NCBI GenBank assembly: GCA_023258055.1
Contig: JALRAI010000001.1
Span: 1 to 52,912, forward strand
DNA length: 52,912 nucleotides
DNA from: Flavobacteriaceae bacterium
GTDB taxonomy: Bacteria; Bacteroidota; Bacteroidia; Flavobacteriales; Flavobacteriaceae
Direction of reading: 5' to 3'
Part shown: piece by piece, positions 44,674-52,912 of the stretch
How positions within the stretch are numbered: position 1 is the stretch's first letter
How the letters are laid out: every line of letters starts with the position of its first letter
Notes under the pieces: model-generated
What the model saw: only the letters and a program-made list of their open reading frames with translations
Told to the model about the DNA's origin: nothing
Database searches by the model: none
Translations under genes and position numbers: made by a program

Positions 44674-45714
44674 ATGAAAAAGCAACATTTACTGCTCTGT
44701 TTTTTAGTGATTTTTACAGCTAATTTGAGTCATGCCCAGGAGAAAACTGAATCTTCGAGTGATTCTCAAAAAGAAAGCAACGGTGTTTTCGTGGCAGCAA
44801 AAAAAATCAAAGACAGTTTGTATTACTTGACTTATCGCACCAATAATGTGGTGGTCTTTTTAGGACGTGACTATACGATTTTAATTGATGGTTTCGATGC
44901 CAAAGCCGCGCCCCAAGCCCTCAACGCTGCAGGTCGTCTTTCGTTGAATCCCGTGCGATTTTTAGTCAATACACATCACCATAAGGACCATACTGGAGGT
45001 AATGAATATTATAGTAACTCTGGCGTGACGGTGATGTGCCACAGGCAAACCTACAGCAACATTTGGAATGACGCCAATGCCCAAGAACTTGAGAAAATTA
45101 AAGATTTAAAGCAGCGTTTTATCGCGCAGCAAAAAGGCCAGGCAAAAGAAAGTGCCGAATTCAATGCCAAAATTGAAAAACTACAAAAAGGAGGTCTCGA
45201 ACAAGACTTGAGTTATCCTGCATTTTTATTTGGAGATGAATTTTCAATGAATTTTGTCAATGAAAGCATCGAAGTCAAACACATGCGTGCTGCGCATACC
45301 TCTGGCGATGTGGTGATGTATTTCAAGAATAATAATGTTTTGGCCACGGGCGACCTATTTTTTAATGGAAAATACCCTTACATCGACGAGGATATGGGGG
45401 GAAATATCGATAATTACATTGCAGCACTAGATACCTTAGCTAAAATGTGCAACAACGATACGGTCATCGTTCCCGGCCATGGCCCCTTAGCCTCAAAAAG
45501 TGACCTAGAAAGCTACAAGCGCATGCTTGAATACACGCAAAAAGGAGTACAGATGGATTACTTATTAGGCAAATCTCTTGAGGAAGTTTTAGCCAACAAA
45601 GCAATTACGGCAAATTTTGATGCCCAAGGCTATGGTAACGGATATGTGAAAACTCAGGATTACGTCAGCATGCTCTATCGTGCAGCCGAAAAGCGCTATC
45701 CGAGAAAGAAATAG
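44674..45714 (+). CDS. Secreted MBL-fold metallo-hydrolase
   Basis: Signal peptide; HxHxDH motif (NTHHHKDHTGGN); downstream metal ligands (AAHTSGD, TGDLFF, PGHGP). A Lys/Gln/Glu-rich helical insert lies between the motifs. Confidence 0.8.
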   Translation: MKKQHLLLCFLVIFTANLSHAQEKTESSSDSQKESNGVFVAAKKIKDSLYYLTYRTNNVVVFLGRDYTILIDGFDAKAAPQALNAAGRLSLNPVRFLVNTHHHKDHTGGNEYYSNSGVTVMCHRQTYSNIWNDANAQELEKIKDLKQRFIAQQKGQAKESAEFNAKIEKLQKGGLEQDLSYPAFLFGDEFSMNFVNESIEVKHMRAAHTSGDVVMYFKNNNVLATGDLFFNGKYPYIDEDMGGNIDNYIAALDTLAKMCNNDTVIVPGHGPLASKSDLESYKRMLEYTQKGVQMDYLLGKSLEEVLANKAITANFDAQGYGNGYVKTQDYVSMLYRAAEKRYPRKK

Positions 45715-45757
45715 TTTTAGAGATTTTCGAAGCGATATTGCTTTACCAACACAGCAA

Positions 45758-47923
45758 TTAAAAGTCGCGGTACCAATTGAATAAATCGGTGCGCAGGCCG
45801 ACACTCCACCAAGTGGTATTGAGCTTTAGATTGGGGCCTTCTGAGACTTCTGGCGAGAAAGAGCGCAATATGACTCGCGTAAAGAGCTTCAATTGTGATG
45901 AAGGATTGATCACATAGCCTGCATCCAATTCAATGTGCCGAAAATCTACCGTATTTCCCTGTCCTAATTCGTGATTCAAGTCACCTTCTCTAAAATCCTC
46001 ACTACCGTAGATAGAACCCCCATTAAATACATCCGAGTCCGGGTCTAAAAACTCTAAGCCTCTTTTTGCCTGAACGAACTTAGCACTGGCGTATAATCTC
46101 TGGTATCGATAGCGCGCAATGGCGATGAACTCGGAAAAATTCGTGCCTAATGTATGGGCCAAAGACTGATTGTTGTGCCCGTAATTTAAGACCACAGTAT
46201 TGTGGCTATACGTAAAGGGACGCACGCGATTGTACTCGAGCTGTAGGTTTAAATTTGGAATGCCGAAGGCGCTGTAATACTTTGTCCCTAACTGATAGGC
46301 CGTCTTGTTTTTATAACTCCCCTCTCTAGCCAAAACATCAGAAGAAGAAAACTCATCCACCAATAATTGACCATAGGTATTAAGACGATCACTCCATTTA
46401 TATTTAAAAGTCAATCCGAGCAAAGCATTCCCGCCACGAGAACCTGTCGAGAACTCGATGGCGCGATAAAATACAATTGGATTGAGGTAATTCAAATCAA
46501 AGCCACGGTCGTTGTCGTTTTCCCAGACCACTGTCTCAAAAAATCCTAGATTAAGGCGCTTGCTGACATTGTAGCTCAAATAGTGATTCGCCATGTACTT
46601 AGTGCGAAAAGAACCGTCTGCCGTTACCTCAGGACGCACATCACGCAGGGACATCCAGGTGTTAGTGTATTTGAGTTTCCAAACCGTGGTATTGAGCTGC
46701 AAGTAAGGATAGGGACTGGCGTTATCGCTGAGCATTAACGAACGATAGCCGTCGCCGATGAACTGCTTACCGTGCCCAAACTGCAGGTTAAAAAAGTTAT
46801 TTGGGGTATAAGACACATAACCTGTGGCAATAGGGTAGTCATAACTGTCGCTGCGGAACTGCTTTGCAATGCCAAAGCCTGGTATAATTGCAGGGTTGCC
46901 CCCGTCTGGCTTGATCGACTCGGCATAAGCATTGAAATACTCCGCAAATCGCCCTTGGCTTTCGTAGACCACAGCGCTGATATTGATTTTATCTCCTAAT
47001 CCTCCTTGCAGGTGAACCAGCCGAGTATTGTTATAAGTTTTTAAATCGCCATCGCGGCCTGCCTCAATATCTAAACCTGGATCTAGTGTGAACCAATAAT
47101 CATCAGCAGTAAAGGCAACCATATGCTCATTCCACCACTTACGACCAAACCAAGTACTGCGCGGTTTCTTGAGGTCATTATCGGCTGCTGATAAATCATA
47201 ATAACGAGCCAGCTCACTGTATCGATAAGGTTTTTGGGCCGTATGACTATTTGACCCCAGCTGATTCATAGCCGCATCAAACTCATTATACCGCCTATGT
47301 GACAAAGGAATTAATACCCCGCTTTGATATTCCTGAGCTTGGTATTTATCTTGCTGGACCCTACTGTATTCATCGCCAGAGGGTTTGGCGAAACTTTTTA
47401 TTTTGGGCTGTTTAATTTGAGACTGACCCGCATTTATGGTCTGGGTTTGCACTCCAGAATTTGCGCTTTGGGCGCCATCCGATGACCACTGAATTTCACT
47501 CAAATCCCCTGGCGAAAAATGCATCCTGAATTGCATATAAATGGTTCGGCCATTATAGCTCGCCGGCTGAATTTGCGGTAGGTCAGAAAAAAATTGGTTA
47601 AGATCCCCGCGAAGTGATTCCGCAGGACTATCCATATAACGCAGGACAAAATCACCTTCTTTGTTGACTTCAAACAGCACTGAAACCTCATCTTGAGACA
47701 ACTCATTGAATTCCCAGCCAGAAGAGGCCTCCCGCAGCATTAAGTTAAACTGCTCAGTAAAACAATCAGGCAAGGCACTTATACTCTGCTCGCTACAGGC
47801 CTCAAAACGAGGGTAATGCAATAGTGGATCATTCCACTGTTGACCCCAAAGTTGAGTAACACAGAGCATTACTAGGGCAAACCCCAATCGAAAATGATTT
47901 GTCGCAGTAATAAAGAGACCCAT
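45758..47923 (-). CDS. Outer-membrane beta-barrel protein (Wzi/RemB-like) with an N-terminal TonB_C-like domain
   Basis: Signal peptide. The N-terminal ~110 aa align by eye with the C-domain of the neighbouring TonB (YPRFEACSEQ...VSVLFEVNKEGDF...LPQIQPASYNGRTIYMQFRMHF). The rest is beta-rich, with GHGKQFIGDGYRSLMLSDNASPYPYLQLN and a terminal aromatic (..WYRDF). The RemB/Wzi assignment comes from memory of the motif and of a remB gene near sprA in Flavobacterium johnsoniae. Confidence 0.55.
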   Translation of the reverse strand: MGLFITATNHFRLGFALVMLCVTQLWGQQWNDPLLHYPRFEACSEQSISALPDCFTEQFNLMLREASSGWEFNELSQDEVSVLFEVNKEGDFVLRYMDSPAESLRGDLNQFFSDLPQIQPASYNGRTIYMQFRMHFSPGDLSEIQWSSDGAQSANSGVQTQTINAGQSQIKQPKIKSFAKPSGDEYSRVQQDKYQAQEYQSGVLIPLSHRRYNEFDAAMNQLGSNSHTAQKPYRYSELARYYDLSAADNDLKKPRSTWFGRKWWNEHMVAFTADDYWFTLDPGLDIEAGRDGDLKTYNNTRLVHLQGGLGDKINISAVVYESQGRFAEYFNAYAESIKPDGGNPAIIPGFGIAKQFRSDSYDYPIATGYVSYTPNNFFNLQFGHGKQFIGDGYRSLMLSDNASPYPYLQLNTTVWKLKYTNTWMSLRDVRPEVTADGSFRTKYMANHYLSYNVSKRLNLGFFETVVWENDNDRGFDLNYLNPIVFYRAIEFSTGSRGGNALLGLTFKYKWSDRLNTYGQLLVDEFSSSDVLAREGSYKNKTAYQLGTKYYSAFGIPNLNLQLEYNRVRPFTYSHNTVVLNYGHNNQSLAHTLGTNFSEFIAIARYRYQRLYASAKFVQAKRGLEFLDPDSDVFNGGSIYGSEDFREGDLNHELGQGNTVDFRHIELDAGYVINPSSQLKLFTRVILRSFSPEVSEGPNLKLNTTWWSVGLRTDLFNWYRDF

Positions 47924-47950
47924 TGGTTTGAATTTTTATGAATTGGCATT

Positions 47951-47997
47951 TAAACACAAACGCCCCCATGACAATATGGAGGCGATTATATGTGTTT
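47951..47997 (-). terminator. Probable terminator of tonB
   Basis: The minus strand reads CGCCTCCAT-attgtc-ATGGGGGCG (9 bp with one mismatch) followed by TTTGTGTTT. An outer AAACACA/TGTGTTT pairing is also possible. Confidence 0.45.
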
Positions 47998-48008
47998 ATT
48001 TCAGGCCC

Positions 48009-48725
48009 TTAATTTTCCACCTGGAATAATATGGGCAAGGCGTAAAGTACCCCAACCGGTTGACCACGTTGTTTACCCGGAGTCATTTTGGGCAAGGCCT
48101 TAACTACATCGATGGCCTCTTGTTCTAAACGCGGGTGCGGTGCCCGAGCGCGCACATCCACAACATTCCCGTTTTTATCAATCTTAAACTGAACAGAAAT
48201 TCGCTGACGCCCTTCCAGACCTAAGTCGTTCGCAAGGTCCGTATCAAACTTGCGCTGAACAAATTTTTGCACCTTTTCAGACATACAAGCTTTTTTGGCG
48301 TCGTTATTCCCCGCGCCCTCACAACCTGGAAACACAGGTACGTTTTCAATAACGGCAAAGGGAACATCGTCGATTTCTTCTTCGACTTCTTCAATCTCCT
48401 CAATTTCTATAACTTCTTCAGCATCAGTTTCAGTTGACTCAATAATGGTTTCTTCGACCTCTTCGTCATCTTCAACAACCTCAATCACCTCAGGAGCCGG
48501 TGGTGGTGGCGGTGGCGGTGGTGGTGGTGTTAAAATCTGCGTTACTGGGACGTCTTCTAAAAGATCATCGCCCACATCGAGCATATCACGGCCCAAATTA
48601 TCGCGATCATAAGTTTTCCATTCCACAGCTTGCCATGCCACGAAGAGCATAAAAACCAAGCCAGAGAGCAAATAAATCGTGCTCCATTGGTTTAGATCTG
48701 CTTTTGGATTTTTTTTCGGTTCCAT
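48009..48725 (-). CDS. tonB: Energy transducer TonB
   Basis: N-terminal TM anchor, a P10 tract followed by an acidic E/V/I-rich spacer, and a C-terminal TonB_C domain (PVFPGCEG...ISVQFKIDKNGNVVDVRARAPHPRLEQEAIDVVKALPKMTPGKQRGQPV). Confidence 0.85.
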   Translation of the reverse strand: MEPKKNPKADLNQWSTIYLLSGLVFMLFVAWQAVEWKTYDRDNLGRDMLDVGDDLLEDVPVTQILTPPPPPPPPPPAPEVIEVVEDDEEVEETIIESTETDAEEVIEIEEIEEVEEEIDDVPFAVIENVPVFPGCEGAGNNDAKKACMSEKVQKFVQRKFDTDLANDLGLEGRQRISVQFKIDKNGNVVDVRARAPHPRLEQEAIDVVKALPKMTPGKQRGQPVGVLYALPILFQVEN

Positions 48726-48794
48726 ACTGAATAGTTTATAGCGTTGCTAAAATAGATAAAAAAAATGGGGTTTAAAAAACCTAATTTGCCCTTT

Positions 48795-49166
48795 TTATGG
48801 GTATAATTTTTCCTTGATCTTAAATGCGATTAATCCCAGCAAAATCCCAATACTATTCGCCACTACATCCATCAAATCGCCGGTCCTGGAAACATACCAA
48901 TACTCTTGAATAACCTCAATAATAATGCCGTAAAATAAAAGCACCAAAGCCAGACGCCAAGTCCATTGTATTATTGCAGATTTACTCAGGGCAAAGGCCC
49001 ATAAAAAATAGAGCACCCCAAAAACAAGAAAATGTGCCCACTTGTCAGCCATGGGCACATCAATATCAGGTAAATCGGGTGACGGCCAGAGCATCGCTAC
49101 AGTGGCCGATATATGGGCAGCAATTGCCCCCCATAGCTTTAATTTATCCCCCGATAAGCGCTGCAT
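48795..49166 (-). CDS. VanZ-family membrane protein
   Basis: [16 protein letters not shown] and a C-terminal [12 protein letters not shown] pattern, with 4 TM helices. It overlaps gcvH by 23 nt; an internal ATG (MLWPSPD...) is an alternative start. Confidence 0.7.
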   Translation of the reverse strand: MQRLSGDKLKLWGAIAAHISATVAMLWPSPDLPDIDVPMADKWAHFLVFGVLYFLWAFALSKSAIIQWTWRLALVLLFYGIIIEVIQEYWYVSRTGDLMDVVANSIGILLGLIAFKIKEKLYP

Positions 49167-49524
49167 AATCCTCTGCGGATAATAGCCCGTCGAGCTGTGA
49201 CGAATCGCTCATCTTCACTTTGATCATCCAACCTGCACCATAAGGATCGGAATTCACCAACTCAGGCTCCCCTTCTAAAGCCTCGTTAAATTCAATGATC
49301 TCTCCAGAAACAGGCAAGAACAAATCAGAAACAGTTTTTACGGCCTCAACCGTACCAAAAACTGCCTCAATGTCCAGGGTTTCATCTAAAGTTTCTACTT
49401 CGACATAAACAATATCACCGAGTTCCCCCTGTGCGAAATCCGTAATCCCTACGGTAGCGACATCTCCGTCGACGGAAACCCATTCGTGATCTTTAGTGTA
49501 CTTTAATTCGGCTGGTATATTCAT
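49144..49524 (-). CDS. gcvH: Glycine cleavage system protein H
   Basis: YTKDHEWV, the lipoyl-lysine motif [18 protein letters not shown], and [11 protein letters not shown]. Size is 126 aa. Confidence 0.93.
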   Translation of the reverse strand: MNIPAELKYTKDHEWVSVDGDVATVGITDFAQGELGDIVYVEVETLDETLDIEAVFGTVEAVKTVSDLFLPVSGEIIEFNEALEGEPELVNSDPYGAGWMIKVKMSDSSQLDGLLSAEDYAALIGG

Positions 49525-49558
49525 AACTTATGCGGTTAAAATGTTAGTTGATTCTTTG

Positions 49559-52500
49559 TTAGTTACCAAAATTATAGCGCAGGGTAAACCCACTTCGAAT
49601 GGTCGTTTGCGGGAAGGCTGTACTGATGGCATATTCTGAAAACGTGTGATCGTAGAAAAACAGGGCCGTCAGGTTTTTAGTTAAAGCGTAATCGCTTGAG
49701 AATTGTAAGCCATAAATCGTTTGACCGGCCGTGGTCTGATTATTATCTACATCTAAATAGCGTATGATCGTTTTATTGTCACGGACTGAGAAGTCTAGTT
49801 TAAAGTTTAAATCACTTTTCATGACCGATCTTTTACCGCCAAAATTAGTCCCGATGCGCAAGTCTTTGATACGATATCCAAGACCGAGAATTAACTCTTG
49901 ACCCTGAATCTCCGTCATTAAATTATTGGCAAAGCTCAGAGAAAGCGCTCGGTCTTTTCGGATTTCAGCCAGTATTTTGATTGAATTCATCATTTCAAAA
50001 TCAAGCTTTACAAGTGGCGAGAACTGTTCGGTTAAATTAACATTGTTCAAGACAATCTCCGGTTTAAAATTACCGGACTGATCCTTTTCAAAAGGATCTA
50101 ATCGATTGTAGTCCAGGTTCGTTTGGAATTGGTTTAGTGTGTATGCCGCGCGATAACCGTGTTGTATGGAAAAGCGCTTAAAGCGTTTTTTAAACCAATC
50201 CATTTTCATAAAGCCGGTATACTTGAGATCCCAATTAGGTAAAGGCACATCTCTAAAAATACCAGAACGCTCTTTAGCGGCATCACTACCCCGATAGGCA
50301 GCTACAAAAGCAGGGAGTAGGACTTGCTGACTATTCTTACCAAATCCTTCTGGATAGCCTTCTTCGTCCAGGGGATAAGCCGCAGTGCCATAAAAGCGCT
50401 CTGCTAAACGCTGGGCAATAGTTAAACGATTGGTTTTAAATGATTCAAAAGCCTCTGAGCCAAACTCATCACTCGGACTAAATGCGGTGCCGATCAGAAC
50501 CGTCGAAATATTGAAATTACCAAAAGTGTTCGGTGTTAGAGAGCGATAAAGCCCGTCTTCAACAATATAATTCTCGGCAAAATTCTCCGAATAAAGGCGT
50601 GAAGCATTGAAATCTATTTTCAAATCGTCAAACGGTTCAGAATTGATCTGCATATCCAATTGACGACTTTCTACTTCGGTATACTGTTGGTTAAATTCTG
50701 GGAAAATTGTCAGCCACCCGTTGCGCGCCGCAAGTTCTCTAACCTCAGCTTGGGACCCAAATACAAATCCAGCCGTAGGACGCAATGAACCACCAAAGCC
50801 TACTGAAGGCAAATACCCCGGCAAGAAAATTCCATTGTTCTCTAAATAATTAACCTGCGCTTTTTTTACAGAGGTGGCCAGGCCAATTAATGAATTAATC
50901 ACTTTTTGTCCAGGGGTAAGCTTGCGCTTTGGTGCTGAGCCGCGCCCCCCTGCATTGCGCATCGCCATTATTTGCTCGCGCTTATTAAGATTCTCTCCTT
51001 CACCACCTTTTCCACCAGCGCCGCCCAATAAAGACTTGCTGCCTTCGCCTTCTTCTTCTCCACCACCCTCAGAGCCCGTGAGTTTTTTAAGACCAATGTA
51101 TCGATAGAAACTGGTTAAATCTAAATTTGAATTAATGCGGTGTGTACTGGCATTCTGGACAGAGTTTCCTAAGTCGTAGAACACGGAAGTACCATCTTCT
51201 GCTGTAATTTCCACATTGCTGAATAAATCACTACCGTCTTGCCACTGATAATCGCCCTGGTAGGAGTAGGTCGCCCGAATCCACTTTAAAAACGGAAACT
51301 TAGAGGTCGGTAAATCATAGTTTAATTGAAGGGACTGGACATGCTGATTGGGGTCTCCAACTTCAAAAAACCCATCCCATATACCAATGGTATTATCGAC
51401 AATGCCCCCGTCAATATAATTATTGACGATACGATTGTTTGCAGCGTTAAAATTAAAGCGCAATGAATTGGTTAAGTTATAATTTACGGTGTACTGCCAA
51501 TCAAACATAAAGTTACGTTGATACAAGGTCGGTAAACCGATTTGACCTGGGAGTAAATTGAGCTCTCGGAATTTTTGTTGATTGAAATTTCGGATAATAT
51601 TACTGCTCACAGTGACATTACTGGGCAAAGGATTAAAATTAAAGTCCTTGAGCCACTGCCAATAACGCCCCATAAACAAACTGTCATTTTTCTTAAAGGG
51701 CTCAATAGGTTTATTGTTAAAACTATAGTCATAGGTCCCACCGAGCCTTACACTTTGATCCATGGCCGACTCCACTTCAAAATCGTGATGTTCCTCCTCG
51801 TTATAAGAATAGGAGAAGGTAAAATTCTCTACGTCGTAAGGCATAGGCTTGCCTTCATTTTCTTGAGAACGATTCTTGCGCACCCCAATAAAGTTGATGC
51901 TTTGACGCTTGGTGTAATTAATGGATTGTTCCTCGATTGCATCGCGCGAAGCTGCATCAGTTGCGTTATCAAGACGTTCTTGCAAGACGATATCGTCAAA
52001 TTCTGGATCGTACTTTGGAGTGATTAATTCCTCTTGTATCCCGTAATTAAAGGGTAATTGTATCCCCCATTTTTTGGGAAGAAGTTGCCCCAAATTCACA
52101 TTAGTCACGATGTCGTACTGCTGTAGATCCTCTAAGCTACGCTGATTCGGTCCTTGCTCAATAGATCCAAAACCGATAGTGCTGGTGCGTCCCGTGGCAC
52201 TGATGTCGGCAAAGTCTGCAATGTTCGCGTCCATATTGGCTACAGCGGCCCAGCCCCCTTTATTTTCCAACTCACTCATGCGCAATTCATTGAACCAAAC
52301 CTCACCACAGACATTGGCGTTGTTTTTATTGCGTAGGCCTACCATGATTACCCGTACATTTCCAAAGCTAGGATTGCCTTTGATTCCAATACGCAGTGGA
52401 TTCGAGGATCCAATAAAACTCGGATCTAATTCTTCTTGATTGTAATATACCACTTGTGTCGGATCAGCGGTTCCCTCTGCCAAAACTTTGGTTTTGATGG

Positions 52501-52912
52501 CCTGCAACAAGGCTAGCGGCATATTCAATCGGTTTTCCTCAGGCCAAACGATAGAGGCGTCCGCATCAGTGGGCTGCTCGAGATAGGGCGAAACGTTTAG
52601 CGGCATTTCAATTTCGTAGAAACTCGTATTTAAGTCATTTCCTAGACGGATGAAAGCTGCGAGATCGCCGTCAGCCAATAAAGTAGCTGGAGCAGGCAGG
52701 GATTCTGCGTGGATGAACATTTCTAGGTTCTTGTACTGACGCATGTCGACATTAAAATTCTTGTAAACTGCACGACCATCTTCAGGTTCCAAATCACAAA
52801 CGCGCAAGGCCAGTGATTGCTCATCCTGACGTATAATGTTGTTATTGTTGTTAAGTTCCTCGCGGTATACCCCCGGTGGAATCACATAATTGCTATTTTG
52901 AATAACCCCCAC
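49559..52912 (-). CDS. sprA: T9SS translocon protein SprA (Sov), C-terminal ~1117 aa; N-terminus lies outside the window
   Basis: The frame stays open to the window edge. The sequence is very long and beta-rich, with segments I recognise from SprA-type proteins (FGNVRVIMVGLRN, GGWAAVANMDANIADFADI). A terminal barrel strand ends ...GFTLRYNFGN. Synteny with gcvH matches Flavobacteriia as I recall it. Confidence 0.75.
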   Translation of the reverse strand: MGVIQNSNYVIPPGVYREELNNNNNIIRQDEQSLALRVCDLEPEDGRAVYKNFNVDMRQYKNLEMFIHAESLPAPATLLADGDLAAFIRLGNDLNTSFYEIEMPLNVSPYLEQPTDADASIVWPEENRLNMPLALLQAIKTKVLAEGTADPTQVVYYNQEELDPSFIGSSNPLRIGIKGNPSFGNVRVIMVGLRNKNNANVCGEVWFNELRMSELENKGGWAAVANMDANIADFADISATGRTSTIGFGSIEQGPNQRSLEDLQQYDIVTNVNLGQLLPKKWGIQLPFNYGIQEELITPKYDPEFDDIVLQERLDNATDAASRDAIEEQSINYTKRQSINFIGVRKNRSQENEGKPMPYDVENFTFSYSYNEEEHHDFEVESAMDQSVRLGGTYDYSFNNKPIEPFKKNDSLFMGRYWQWLKDFNFNPLPSNVTVSSNIIRNFNQQKFRELNLLPGQIGLPTLYQRNFMFDWQYTVNYNLTNSLRFNFNAANNRIVNNYIDGGIVDNTIGIWDGFFEVGDPNQHVQSLQLNYDLPTSKFPFLKWIRATYSYQGDYQWQDGSDLFSNVEITAEDGTSVFYDLGNSVQNASTHRINSNLDLTSFYRYIGLKKLTGSEGGGEEEGEGSKSLLGGAGGKGGEGENLNKREQIMAMRNAGGRGSAPKRKLTPGQKVINSLIGLATSVKKAQVNYLENNGIFLPGYLPSVGFGGSLRPTAGFVFGSQAEVRELAARNGWLTIFPEFNQQYTEVESRQLDMQINSEPFDDLKIDFNASRLYSENFAENYIVEDGLYRSLTPNTFGNFNISTVLIGTAFSPSDEFGSEAFESFKTNRLTIAQRLAERFYGTAAYPLDEEGYPEGFGKNSQQVLLPAFVAAYRGSDAAKERSGIFRDVPLPNWDLKYTGFMKMDWFKKRFKRFSIQHGYRAAYTLNQFQTNLDYNRLDPFEKDQSGNFKPEIVLNNVNLTEQFSPLVKLDFEMMNSIKILAEIRKDRALSLSFANNLMTEIQGQELILGLGYRIKDLRIGTNFGGKRSVMKSDLNFKLDFSVRDNKTIIRYLDVDNNQTTAGQTIYGLQFSSDYALTKNLTALFFYDHTFSEYAISTAFPQTTIRSGFTLRYNFGN

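Noticed and set aside
48497-48530. Imperfect (GGT/GGC)n tract as a possible slipped-strand phase-variation switch
   Set aside because: The triplet unit keeps the frame, so it cannot switch the gene on and off. The repeat is interrupted, and it simply encodes the TonB proline spacer. At most it gives in-frame length polymorphism.
48295-48612. Antisense ORF (105 aa, poly-Gly/Ser) opposite tonB
   Set aside because: It is an artefact of the poly-Pro (CCN)10 and acidic repeat coding sequence of tonB read on the other strand.

Overview
This window reads as a chromosomal segment of a Flavobacteriia-type (Bacteroidota) genome. The evidence is a tmRNA with the GENNYALAA tag, TAnnTTTG-type -7 promoter boxes, a partial sprA (type IX secretion translocon), and two large cargo genes carrying type-A and type-B T9SS C-terminal sorting domains. 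About 47 CDS, one tmRNA and one tRNA-Glu are supported. Most genes are housekeeping: typA, kdsA, ddl, coaD, rpsT, proS, rluD, yaaA, gcvH, tsaB, a NifU-family gene, and a heme-copper oxidase accessory block (ctaB/cyoE, two subunit-III genes, subunit IV, SCO, DUF420). I found no CRISPR array, transposase, integrase, prophage or recognisable defence genes. No single stretch convincingly looks like a complete novel system. The candidates worth a second look are: (1) a lipoprotein with an acidic region, a Trp/Tyr/Gly core and an RGG-like basic tail, encoded next to a FadL/PorV-type barrel; (2) a 2343-aa type-B-CTD T9SS cargo (22547-29578; 2367 aa if the GTG at 29650 is used) with nested super-repeats, a codon-usage break inside the gene, and no adjacent PorP/SprF partner; (3) a split MacB-type ABC efflux operon with two permeases and two adaptors around one TolC; (4) an uncharacterised envelope-modification trio at the left edge; (5) Cys-less SCO-like and CxxC mini-protein genes in the oxidase assembly block. 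All family calls come from motif recognition by eye. No database search was run, and coordinates of RNA ends and hairpins are approximate.
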